Shown: in pieces, positions 6,428-16,000 of the stretch | Numbering within the stretch: the stretch's first letter is position 1 | Layout of the letters: each line of letters begins with the position of its first letter | From: a virus | DNA length: 40,329 bases | Virus record (IMG/VR): IMGVR_UViG_3300045988_055356 | Strand: one strand, 5' to 3' | The notes under the pieces: model-generated | Told to the model about the DNA's origin: nothing | The model's input: only the letters and a program-made list of their open reading frames with translations | Databases searched by the model: none | Translations under genes and position numbers: made by a program

Positions 6428-6605
6428 AACTCCATTTAAATTTTTTATAGGTTTTTCTTTCGCCTCTGCATACCCTCGCAATACAACTAAAATTAAAATC
6501 GTTTTTCCTTGCTGCTTGGTGTACGCTGTTATATTTCGCCACAATGTTATTTTTCATATCATATTGAATTACTGCTTTTGCGTCCGGGCTTTTCCCCTCA
6601 AACAA
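6402..6605 (-). CDS. Free-standing NUMOD1-like DNA-binding domain of the kind found in homing endonucleases, with no nuclease module.
   Basis: VIQYDMKNNIVAKYNSVHQAARKNDFNFSCIARVCRGERKTYKKFKWSY fits the xQYDxxGxxIxxYxSxxEAARxxGxxxSxIxxxCxGxxKTxxGFxWxY pattern seen at the C-termini of GIY-YIG/HNH homing endonucleases. Confidence 0.5.
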   Translation of the reverse strand: MFEGKSPDAKAVIQYDMKNNIVAKYNSVHQAARKNDFNFSCIARVCRGERKTYKKFKWSYETESCYS

Positions 6606-6636
6606 TGGATTTTCTTTACCTTTTATTCTTGGTATA

Positions 6637-7167
6637 TTACGTATTTTTTCCTTTGTCTTTTGAATTGTTACTTATTTTGTCCGGATCGTCCCCAAACTCT
6701 TTTTCCAATCTGTTTATAATCGGCTGCAAATGCGACGGCATGGCACGGGCAAACTCAAATCTGATAACATGGTATATTATGCGCAATGCCAATTTCCGGG
6801 GGTACGCAACAATCAGATTGCGAAACGCATTTTGCAAATAAACATACATGAAAACATACGTCAATGACTTAACGGCAATAATTGCCGCTTGGTCGTCCCC
6901 GCAATTTTTCATGATTACAAACATCAATTCCACGATAAACAGATACAAGATCAATTCGCATAATGCGTTTTTAAACTTCCGGAACGAAAAGTTCTTGCAT
7001 CGCACGATCGCCACTCCGTCCGCCCTCATTCCTGCCCAAATGTTGAAAGCGAACATTATAACCAACGCAAACACAAACCCCTTTGTCGGGGTTAAATAGC
7101 CCAATATAGGGCTAAACGTCGAAACGGCAATGATACGCCATTGCTCCCAATTAAAAATTCTTTCCAT
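6637..7167 (-). CDS. Multi-pass membrane protein, putative holin.
   Basis: 176 aa with several hydrophobic helices and a charged C-terminal tail. It lies immediately upstream of the amidase region. Confidence 0.5.
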   Translation of the reverse strand: MERIFNWEQWRIIAVSTFSPILGYLTPTKGFVFALVIMFAFNIWAGMRADGVAIVRCKNFSFRKFKNALCELILYLFIVELMFVIMKNCGDDQAAIIAVKSLTYVFMYVYLQNAFRNLIVAYPRKLALRIIYHVIRFEFARAMPSHLQPIINRLEKEFGDDPDKISNNSKDKGKNT

Positions 7168-7181
7168 GACATTATTAAAAA

Positions 7182-9962
7182 TTAATATACCGGGAAATTC
7201 ATTTCGCCTTCATATCTAAATAAATTATATCCTAATTCTTTAAATCTTTCAGTTATAGCGTCCGTTAATATATCATACCCATATTTATTGAAATGTACAT
7301 TATTAGCATTAATATAAAAGCAATTCGGCGTAATTCCATTTGATGCGTCCTTTTCATCTTGTTGTGCAACTACAAACGATGGGTCATTTTCAAATATTTT
7401 TTTAGCTTTTTCAAATCCGTATGTACACATATATTGTCTTGTGTTAAAAAACATTAAACCAAATTCATCATACAATGCGGTTTCTTGCTCTTGTAAATAG
7501 CTCAATTTGGGTTGCGTAATTTCTCTACCATTTGCAACTCTGTGTCTTCCTAATATCAAAACTTTCTTGCTTTCGGATTTCTCATAACATTTTTGATATA
7601 ATTCAACAAGTTCATTTATTGAGGATTCTCCGCCACCAAAATGACAAGCTAAGAACCAAACACTATCTCTTGTTTGCTGAAATCCGTATGTATATATCGG
7701 TTCATAAGTATTTGTCGTTATTTCTTCTCCTGCTTCTAATCTTTGGAAACCTAAAGTAACATCGCTATTCGCACCCTTACCAACTAAATTACCTTTAACC
7801 CCTGCTATATAACATGGATTTACAAGTAATTTATAATCTTGTGCCGTCGAACTTGCCCAAATAACTACATCTTTATCTTGTCCTTTCCATCTAACAGAAA
7901 ACTTGTAATTATCCGGAAATTCTACTTTATCAGTTGTTGCAGGTATAGTTATACTTTGTTTTAATCTCAAAGGCAAAACTCCCATTCTTCCCAATATGGA
8001 AAACATATTTTCTCCTCCTACTCCTCCCCAATAGTAATTCATATTTAGATTTGACGCAACCGTTTTAATCCAATCTGCCTCTGTAGACGAACTACCCCAA
8101 AAGGCAATTCCGCTTTGTACTTTTCTTTTTAATACACCTAAATCATCGGATAATTTATTTTTAATTCCTTGCATGAAACTCTCACTTGGGACTGAAATTT
8201 TGATTATACTATCCCAAACGCTATCTGATATGGCATCTGAAATAAGTATATTTTCATAATTAACCTCCCATTGTTCTATTTCACACATATACATTTTGGA
8301 AATTCCGAATGTTATGCCGTTTGTGTCTCCGCTTACTCTTATATATCCGGTTGTTGGCAGACTGTAACTTCGATTTGCAATTCTCCCACTTAAACAATAC
8401 AATAGAAATACCCCATCATTTATTTTTATTGCACCCCTTTTTATTACATTTTGATAATTAGCGTTTAATCCAAAATTCAATTGGGGTGTAACATTACCGC
8501 TGCTTGGGGCTATAAAACTTTCATCATTTATTCCATATAGAATTGCTGCAAACAAAACATAATTATATGTATTTTGCCAACTTTTACTGCTCAATAAATA
8601 ATATACACTACGTTGAGATTTATTAGATTTATCACCAACTGCAACGCCGACATTATTATCAGATAATTTGCTTACGTTCTGATATGCTATACTTTTTGGC
8701 GGTACGCCGTTTATTTCTTCACTTGAAAAGGTTCTGTTTAGGCTTGACACGTCAGCGTTTAGGCTTGACACGTCAGAGTTTAGGCTTGACACGTCAGAGT
8801 TTAGGCTTGACACGTCAGAGTTTAGGCTTGACACGTCAGAGTTTAGGCTTGACACGTCAGAGTTTAGGCTTGACACGTCAGAGTTTAGGCTTGACACGTC
8901 AGCGTTTAGGCCATATTCTACTTTATCAAAGGAAATTTCAGACGGCAAAATATTTTGTGTATCATCTTCCTTGCAAAAACTTATTTTATAAAAATAATTA
9001 TCTTTATCCAATGACACGTTTTTATCATTTATCGCTTGCCCCGAAACAAAACTTCCATTTTTTTCGTACTTTACAACCGCTTTTATATTAAATCCTTGCG
9101 AACATATTATATTTATTGGCGTTTCAATGAATTTTTTATTTCTTAATCTGTTTTTTAATTCATCTTGTAATTCTCCATTTGAGGCGTTTATACCACCTAC
9201 TTCTAAAATCAAACGTTTACCTATATCATTTGTATTTTGAATAATATCATTTGTATTTTGAATAATATCATTTGTATTTTGTGACACTTGCGATTCAACG
9301 CTACCTTTATATAGATATATTATATCTTCACTTTCATTTATTTCACTATCATTTATATTTCCAAGAGAAATTCTGTATATATAATCTTGGTCTGAAATTT
9401 CCATTTTTTTTGTTGGTACTCTAAACGAAATAGTACCTATATGTCTTTTATTTTCTATATCGTACTTACATATACCAATAATTTTATAATTTGTATTTAG
9501 TTCTATTGTAAATGGTGCTTTTACAAAACCATTTGTTCTTACTCTCAAATTGCTGTCTTCATTTACACCCGTAATTAAACTAACACCGCCGTTTTCCAAA
9601 AATAAGAAACTTGTATTATTTAATTTACCTTCTAAATCTGATATTTTTTTATTTGATACAATTCCGGTATCAAAACTTTCCCAATTTCCATCTTTGTTTG
9701 TAATAATTAAAACTTGGTTTTTAATTTCTATTCCACCAAAGTTTGAATAAATACCCGGCCGTGATGCCAAATAAAACACATTTTGGTCGGGCGTTCCCGG
9801 ATTTGTGTCCGGCGTTGCTATGCCTGCAAATGTCGCATTTGCACCAACGGTTGAAATAATAGCCAATAATGAATTTTGCAAAATCGCACCCGTAATCTCT
9901 TGGTTGCCGTTAGTCTTGATAACGTCTGCAACCGCTTGTTTTAGCCGTTTGTAATTTCCCAT
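7182..9962 (-). CDS. Tail fibre / receptor-binding protein with two paralogous internal domains, two tandem heptad arrays and a C-terminal SGNH/GDSL-like esterase-like domain.
   Basis: 926 aa, the last large gene of the tail module. Repeats (QNTNDII)x3 and (LNSDVSS)x8 are present. The C-terminal ~309 aa carry FWGSSST, GGVGGEN, HFGGGES and NNVHFNKYGY blocks resembling SGNH blocks I, II, III and V. Confidence 0.7.
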   Translation of the reverse strand: MGNYKRLKQAVADVIKTNGNQEITGAILQNSLLAIISTVGANATFAGIATPDTNPGTPDQNVFYLASRPGIYSNFGGIEIKNQVLIITNKDGNWESFDTGIVSNKKISDLEGKLNNTSFLFLENGGVSLITGVNEDSNLRVRTNGFVKAPFTIELNTNYKIIGICKYDIENKRHIGTISFRVPTKKMEISDQDYIYRISLGNINDSEINESEDIIYLYKGSVESQVSQNTNDIIQNTNDIIQNTNDIGKRLILEVGGINASNGELQDELKNRLRNKKFIETPINIICSQGFNIKAVVKYEKNGSFVSGQAINDKNVSLDKDNYFYKISFCKEDDTQNILPSEISFDKVEYGLNADVSSLNSDVSSLNSDVSSLNSDVSSLNSDVSSLNSDVSSLNSDVSSLNADVSSLNRTFSSEEINGVPPKSIAYQNVSKLSDNNVGVAVGDKSNKSQRSVYYLLSSKSWQNTYNYVLFAAILYGINDESFIAPSSGNVTPQLNFGLNANYQNVIKRGAIKINDGVFLLYCLSGRIANRSYSLPTTGYIRVSGDTNGITFGISKMYMCEIEQWEVNYENILISDAISDSVWDSIIKISVPSESFMQGIKNKLSDDLGVLKRKVQSGIAFWGSSSTEADWIKTVASNLNMNYYWGGVGGENMFSILGRMGVLPLRLKQSITIPATTDKVEFPDNYKFSVRWKGQDKDVVIWASSTAQDYKLLVNPCYIAGVKGNLVGKGANSDVTLGFQRLEAGEEITTNTYEPIYTYGFQQTRDSVWFLACHFGGGESSINELVELYQKCYEKSESKKVLILGRHRVANGREITQPKLSYLQEQETALYDEFGLMFFNTRQYMCTYGFEKAKKIFENDPSFVVAQQDEKDASNGITPNCFYINANNVHFNKYGYDILTDAITERFKELGYNLFRYEGEMNFPVY
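8736..8911. repeat. 21-bp tandem repeat, eight full units plus a partial one, in frame within the tail-fibre gene (heptad LNSDVSS / LNADVSS).
   Basis: Units gtttaggcttgacacgtcag[a/c] start at 8736, 8757, 8778, 8799, 8820, 8841, 8862 and 8883. Only the first and last units differ, by 1 nt. Confidence 0.95.
9223..9281. repeat. 21-bp tandem repeat, about 2.8 units, in frame within the tail-fibre gene (heptad QNTNDII).
   Basis: atatcatttgtattttgaata occurs at 9223-9243 and 9244-9264, with a partial unit at 9265-9281. Confidence 0.9.
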
Positions 9963-9973
9963 AATTAATAAAA

Positions 9974-10837
9974 TTAGTCGTTGTCAAAATCGTTATTAAA
10001 ATCGTTGTTAAAATCTCCCTTGTTGCTTAAAATATAGCCACGTCCTATTTTCTTGACGACGGTATTTGTCTTAAACTCAATTTCCACGCTTGCCAAATCT
10101 CCCTGCGTCTGCCATTTCGGCGTAATTAGGAATGTGTCACAATCATATTGTCTGCAATATTTGTCAGTTATATGCACATAATCAGCCATTCGGATAAATC
10201 GCATAACGTCGCAAAGGTATTCCGGGGCTAATATTGTACATTTATAAGTTTTTACCGATATTTGTTTTTCCGGGAAAAAATATCCATCTCTTTTCTCTCC
10301 ATCCTCTTCAAACTCGTAATCCGGTTTCCCTAATTCGGTACAAAGATACAACGTATTTTTGAACTTTGGTTCTGTGTAAACAATTTGTCCGGCGTCAAAT
10401 ACCAAATTTTCAATGTCCCACCATTCAATTTTAAGATAGCCGGAAACGTCCTGCACGACGGTAAACATTTCGGAATACCACGTTTGAACGCCGTCGGATA
10501 ATGTCATGTAATATATACCGTCCAATTGGTTTAACGTCATGGGTAATATTGCCGGGTACAATATAACATCATATCCCAACGGCTGAAACCGGACAACTTG
10601 CAGTCCGGTTTCAAACATATTTGTTGTTAAATTGGCGACTTGTTGCCCTTTCTTGTCGAATAATATTACTGACGTAACATTATTTGCACGTGTGTTACGC
10701 AATATCTGAAATGGCAATAATCTATCTGCCGGGGCAAACAACGGATAGATTGCGCCGTATGCGAAACTCTTGCGGTGGTTCTGTTCATTTATCGACGTGT
10801 ACCACGGCAAAACACTTATATTGTTATTCTGTGTCAT
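9974..10837 (-). CDS. Tail/baseplate-associated protein (by position), with a C-terminal DFNN repeat.
   Basis: 287-aa ORF between the 733-aa tail protein and the fibre. It ends GDFNNDFNNDFDND. Function is inferred from synteny only. Confidence 0.5.
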   Translation of the reverse strand: MTQNNNISVLPWYTSINEQNHRKSFAYGAIYPLFAPADRLLPFQILRNTRANNVTSVILFDKKGQQVANLTTNMFETGLQVVRFQPLGYDVILYPAILPMTLNQLDGIYYMTLSDGVQTWYSEMFTVVQDVSGYLKIEWWDIENLVFDAGQIVYTEPKFKNTLYLCTELGKPDYEFEEDGEKRDGYFFPEKQISVKTYKCTILAPEYLCDVMRFIRMADYVHITDKYCRQYDCDTFLITPKWQTQGDLASVEIEFKTNTVVKKIGRGYILSNKGDFNNDFNNDFDND

Positions 10838-13025
10838 ACTTCAATTCTGCCTTTACATATCTACTGCACAAATTTACGGAAAATTTTTCGACTTGCCCAT
10901 TGCCGATATATGTTTTAACTAACTGCATAGGGTTGGGGTCTGTATCTCCGGCGAGGAAATTCACGGTCTGTTTTTTTTTCCGCTCTATTCCAATAGCTTC
11001 ATGATCTGTATCATTTATCAGTAACTTACGTGCGGGCATGTCATACAACCAATATGTCGGTTGCAAATTAATGTATGCCAATAAACCGTTCTGTAAGTAA
11101 TATTCAATGCCCTCAACTCGCTGTTGCGTAAATGGTAATTCCAATTGGCCGCCTCCCTCCGGTACGACTGCCGCAAACAACGCAAATCCATCTGAACTAA
11201 TAGCATTTGGATTTAGCAACATCAAATCAATGTCAGATGTAAAGTTAGATATATTTATTTCCTCAATCTTACCCGCCGTAACATACTTAGATGTAACTTC
11301 AATTGGCAAGCCCTCAAATGGCGTTGTCACATCATCCATCCACTCGAATTGATAACGTTCCGCCATATCTACCTTGTCAAACGAATATTCAGATGTCGCA
11401 AAGGCTAATTTCTTGCCATTTCTGATATTCTCCAATTGCGTTAAATCATACCCGATTATTGGTACATAGCCGTATGAACCGCCGTTTCTAAACCAATTTA
11501 TCTGCTCAATTTTAAATTTCCCGTCCTCAATATACCAATAGCATTTGTAAACATCACGTAACATTGTCATGATTTGTTGTAATGTAATTGGTGCTTTTTG
11601 CGCCGGGGTCTGATATTCGCCGTTAACTATATTACTTTTTTGACTGATTAACAATTTGAATGATTGCAAAGAAATTGGGTTTGTGTCGTCATATAAAAAA
11701 TGGCTGTATTCCGGCGTGTCCTCATGCGTTATGCCGGGCGCAATTTTTTTAAGCAACACATTTATACACGACGACAATTTGAACGTATCACGCGATGTGT
11801 ATTCCTTTCGTGCGGCCTCGTCCAATACCCAATCAAACAGCGCAAATCCAAACCATAATGACGCATAACGCCATGTTGACTGCGCTATTGGGTAATATGC
11901 TTGTCCATATATGGAAGATGGAGGCGCAAAATACTTGCCGTTGTCGGCTAATCCATATTCTGTTGGCTCATCAGAAAATATATTGGATATGTACGCCACA
12001 TTAACTGCATAACCAATTGCACGTCGGTAATTTCTGTTATTCCCGACAATATCATCCGTTGGTAACGGATATGTGTTTACGTCGTTAATTTTCTCGACGT
12101 CGCAAAGATAGCGTGCATAAATATTGTAACTCTTCATGTTAGCATGCAATGTTCCGGTCGCCCCGCTTCCGCCAACTGCTGCCATATCAAACTCCAATGT
12201 ATCAAATGGCTTTCCAAATGCTTTCGTTCTTGTGTATCGGAATAAAGCCACATCATCCGCAACACGTCTTATTTCAACCAACACATTTCCCCACGGTGTT
12301 CCGGAAACTTGTTGCTGCGATATGTATATGTAATACATATTGTTTTCCGTGGAATATAATTTGCCTCGAAATTCACTTTGTTGCGCATTATCATTCATCT
12401 TTCCGGTGTATAATGCGACAATATCATTTGGCTTTCCATCCCCCGTTATATTAATTTCTTTCAGAATATTGCACAACGAGAAGTAATATGTGTTGATTAG
12501 TGCCTTTTGGTCGTCAACGACGTTAGCCTCTTGTTCCCAACTTGTGCCGCCCAAAAAACATGAAACAATACTATCTCCGGGGACGTATATTTGTATAAGC
12601 GGACGTTTGCGTATTGTCAAAAACTCAATTTCGGGTGCCAACTCAACCAAATTATATTCATTTTCCAATCCAGCCAATACATCGTTATATTCGTCCAATG
12701 TTTCGGGCTGTACAGATATTATCATATCATCATCATTAATTATGCAGTCCGTTTTCATGAATTTTGCCTTGTAATACTGATTATAAGTTTGCCCCCAATC
12801 GTCGCTTTTCTCTATATACAGATAGAATGTTGAATCAAATGGAGCGTTGTTTATTAAATTGTAATCATCACGGATAAAGTTTATTTTACCGGACAATTTC
12901 GCCCGGTAAAATTTTTGGTTTGTCTCCAGCTCATAGTCCAATGTCAAATCAGACTTATAATTTGGGTAAACAATTTGTTTTTCCCCGCTATCTATTTGCA
13001 GATAAAATCTGTACAATGGTGTCAT
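10824..13025 (-). CDS. Large tail protein immediately downstream of the tape measure (distal-tail / baseplate hub position).
   Basis: 733-aa ORF that overlaps the TMP stop by 4 nt. Assignment is by synteny only. Confidence 0.55.
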   Translation of the reverse strand: MTPLYRFYLQIDSGEKQIVYPNYKSDLTLDYELETNQKFYRAKLSGKINFIRDDYNLINNAPFDSTFYLYIEKSDDWGQTYNQYYKAKFMKTDCIINDDDMIISVQPETLDEYNDVLAGLENEYNLVELAPEIEFLTIRKRPLIQIYVPGDSIVSCFLGGTSWEQEANVVDDQKALINTYYFSLCNILKEINITGDGKPNDIVALYTGKMNDNAQQSEFRGKLYSTENNMYYIYISQQQVSGTPWGNVLVEIRRVADDVALFRYTRTKAFGKPFDTLEFDMAAVGGSGATGTLHANMKSYNIYARYLCDVEKINDVNTYPLPTDDIVGNNRNYRRAIGYAVNVAYISNIFSDEPTEYGLADNGKYFAPPSSIYGQAYYPIAQSTWRYASLWFGFALFDWVLDEAARKEYTSRDTFKLSSCINVLLKKIAPGITHEDTPEYSHFLYDDTNPISLQSFKLLISQKSNIVNGEYQTPAQKAPITLQQIMTMLRDVYKCYWYIEDGKFKIEQINWFRNGGSYGYVPIIGYDLTQLENIRNGKKLAFATSEYSFDKVDMAERYQFEWMDDVTTPFEGLPIEVTSKYVTAGKIEEINISNFTSDIDLMLLNPNAISSDGFALFAAVVPEGGGQLELPFTQQRVEGIEYYLQNGLLAYINLQPTYWLYDMPARKLLINDTDHEAIGIERKKKQTVNFLAGDTDPNPMQLVKTYIGNGQVEKFSVNLCSRYVKAELKYDTE

Positions 13026-16000
13026 AATCTCTTGATTTTACGTTTCAAATTCTTGTAACTCTCAATTGTATTTCCGTCGCCATCCACATAAACACGTCGT
13101 CGGTTCTGCTCCTTTATCTCTCGCACATCATCCGACAAATTGCGTAAATCCGGGCTTTGGTCTCTAATATTCAGCGTTAACCCATCCGCTCCGGAAAATG
13201 AATCCAAATACTTGTGCGCAAATGTACCATTATTCAGCGAATTTATGACGTCCGGAATTATCTTTCTGAAACGCCGTGAACTACGCTTATTTATCACTGC
13301 GAAAAACTCGCCGCCCTCTGCACGCCTCCGGGTGCCGTCCGACTTGGTTCCCAAATCAATATCATTTCCGGATTGGTGGGAACCGCCCTGCAACAATTCA
13401 ACGGTACCGTCGCCGTATGTTTCCATCCCCCGGGTGCCTCCGGTCTGTTTCGCCAATTGCGCCGCCTTGATTTTAGACGCTGCGAAACTCGCCCACATTA
13501 CGGCAATAGCCGGGATTGCAAGCGGGAAACCTAACTGCGACCATATCAACGCCGACGCCGTTACCATGTTCCCGATTTGCTGTAATGTCTGAATGGCTGC
13601 TTGTTGTTTCTGCGCTTTCTGCTGCTCTTTCAACGCCTTTTCTTGATTTTTCTTAGCCATGTCCAATTCCTTTTGCGCCTGCACAACATTATTTGCGTAG
13701 CCGTTTGCCCTTGCCTCCAATTCTGCATCTAATGCCGATTGGGCTGCAGAAACTTCCTTATCTGCTTGCTCAACGGCTGCATCTGCTGCGGCAACTCGTG
13801 CTTCTGTAAATGTATTTAACGCATCCAATGCGTATTCCATCGACGTATTTATTGCCTCCTTTTGGTTTTCATCCAAATTAAGACCAAACAAACCGTATAT
13901 ATCTTTGCCCCTTTCCTCTCCTTTGGATTGCTCTATTTCTTGGTCTATTTTTGCAATTGTATTCTGCATTGTTTGCACTTCAATATCAGACAATTTATTT
14001 GATGCTTGTTGATTTAATTCTAATATTTTTTGCAAACGTTCTTTTTCCGCTTGCAACCGGAATTGAGTTTTTCGGGCTTCTGAATTTCTCAACAAATCAA
14101 ACTCCAATTGTGACAACGCTTGTTGTTGGTCAAAAATCTGTAATTGCGCTTGCAGATATTCGTCTGCAATTCCGCTTTTTTTGACATCAAATCCGGCGTT
14201 TATCAGCCCGGCATCTTGCTGTTGTCCAGTTGGCTTTTGCTGATTTTGCAATAATGCGGTTTGTCGTTCATTCTCCAATAGCTGCATACGCAATTCCTTT
14301 TCCTGCTCACTTCCTGCCTTGACTGCCTGCAAACGTAATTCAATACTTTCTTTTTGCAAAGCCAATTCCTGCAATTGTCTGTCTTGCTCAATTTTCAGCA
14401 ATTCGGCCGTCTGCCGCTGCTCTAATGCCGTAATCGTGGCGTTTATTGCTTGACGTCCGGTTTCGTTCAAATCCTTTTCAGTCTGCAATTGGTGTTGCAA
14501 ATCCTCTATCTGACGACTATGCTCATATTGAGTTTGTTTGCGGCGTTTTTCCCATTCGTCAGTCTCTAATTGCAATTGTGCATCCTGCAATTTACGTGTT
14601 GCCTCTAAATTCTTTTTGTAAGCCTCTTCAATTTGTTTTGCTTGGTCTGCCGCCGTGTCTCTCTTGCCTCCGCCCGTTGACTTTATTTGCGGCGTATTGG
14701 TTGTAATAGGCTTATTTTGGCTTATTTGTGGCGTCCCTCCGCCACTTACTGCAATTGGTATTGTAATAGGCTTAATTTTTTTCTGCATGCCATTTAATCC
14801 CTCTTGCACATTATCCGCAATGTCCTTAACTTGCGCTTTCAACAAATTGCCGTATGCGTGGACGTAATCGGATAATCCTTTTTTAACTTCGTCAAAGTCT
14901 AACGTAAATGCCCCTTTTAAGGCGGTTCCAGTTGCCTTGACTATATCAATAAAGAATCCAAAAACATTTCCCAATGTATCTAATGATGTTTTAAAACCCG
15001 TTACTATTGCATTCCATATTGCACGTATCAATACACTCTCATTATATAATTCAATAAAGTAATTGGTTACATCAATAACCCCCTTGATTATTGCTGTTAA
15101 TCCTTGATTTACAAAAACCTTAGCTTTTGTCGTTAGCGTTTCAAAATTACCTCCGGTTAAATCAAACAGACCGGACAAAGCGTTCTGCAATTCTATTTGA
15201 CTTTGCAATTGTTCCTCCTGCAATTTGCCCAACTCTCCGGCTTTGCCCTTGACATCATCCATGTTTGTTGATATATCTTTCAATGTGCGCAAATATTGCA
15301 AACCCGCATCCTCTCCGGGGCCGCCGAATATATCAGCAATTGCCGTTCCGACAGCGGTTGCACTATCCGGTAACTCTGCCAATTTTGCGGAAACTTCTTG
15401 TATGACATCAAACGTTGTTTTGGTTCCGCTCTGCAAGTCCTTTTGCACTTGCTCCGACGATATGCCGATACCCTCTAATGCTGCTGCCGTTGCTGTTGTC
15501 ATTTCACGCAAACGCAAATTTGCCTCCTTGATGGCATCAACGCCTTTGTCTGAAAATATACCCATCTTATTTGTTTGGGTAACAATTGCAACAAATTGGT
15601 CTGCCGATATTCCCGCTTCCTTGAAATATGCCGGATATTCTTTCAGCGTGTCCAAAAATTCGCCGTTTGCATCGCCCCCGGCGACAAATCCATCCTTAAC
15701 CAACTGCAATGCTTCATTTGCTGATATTCCGAACTGCTGCGATAACGCATTTGTCGCAATCAATGTTTCTTTGAGATCTGCGTTAAATGCATCCGCAACG
15801 GCTTGAACTTCATTTCTGAAATTCTGCAAATCGTCTCCGGTCTTGCCCGTAAATTGCTGCGTCAGTCTCGTTGCCTCTACAACTCCGGCGTTGTAATCAT
15901 ACCACCATTTGAAAGCTGCACCCGTGGCCGCAATTCCGGCAATAGCCAAAAAAACCGGATTAGACAATAAGGACAATAATGTTTTGCCCAATGCCTTTGC

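Noticed and set aside
8736-8911. CRISPR array as an explanation for the regular 21-bp repeats here and at the window ends.
   Set aside because: The repeats abut directly with no unique spacers. They are in frame inside coding sequence, and there are no cas genes.
7182-9962. A diversity-generating retroelement targeting the tail fibre.
   Set aside because: No reverse transcriptase ORF occurs anywhere in the window. I saw no template/variable repeat pair with adenine-specific differences. The variability signal here is tandem-repeat based.
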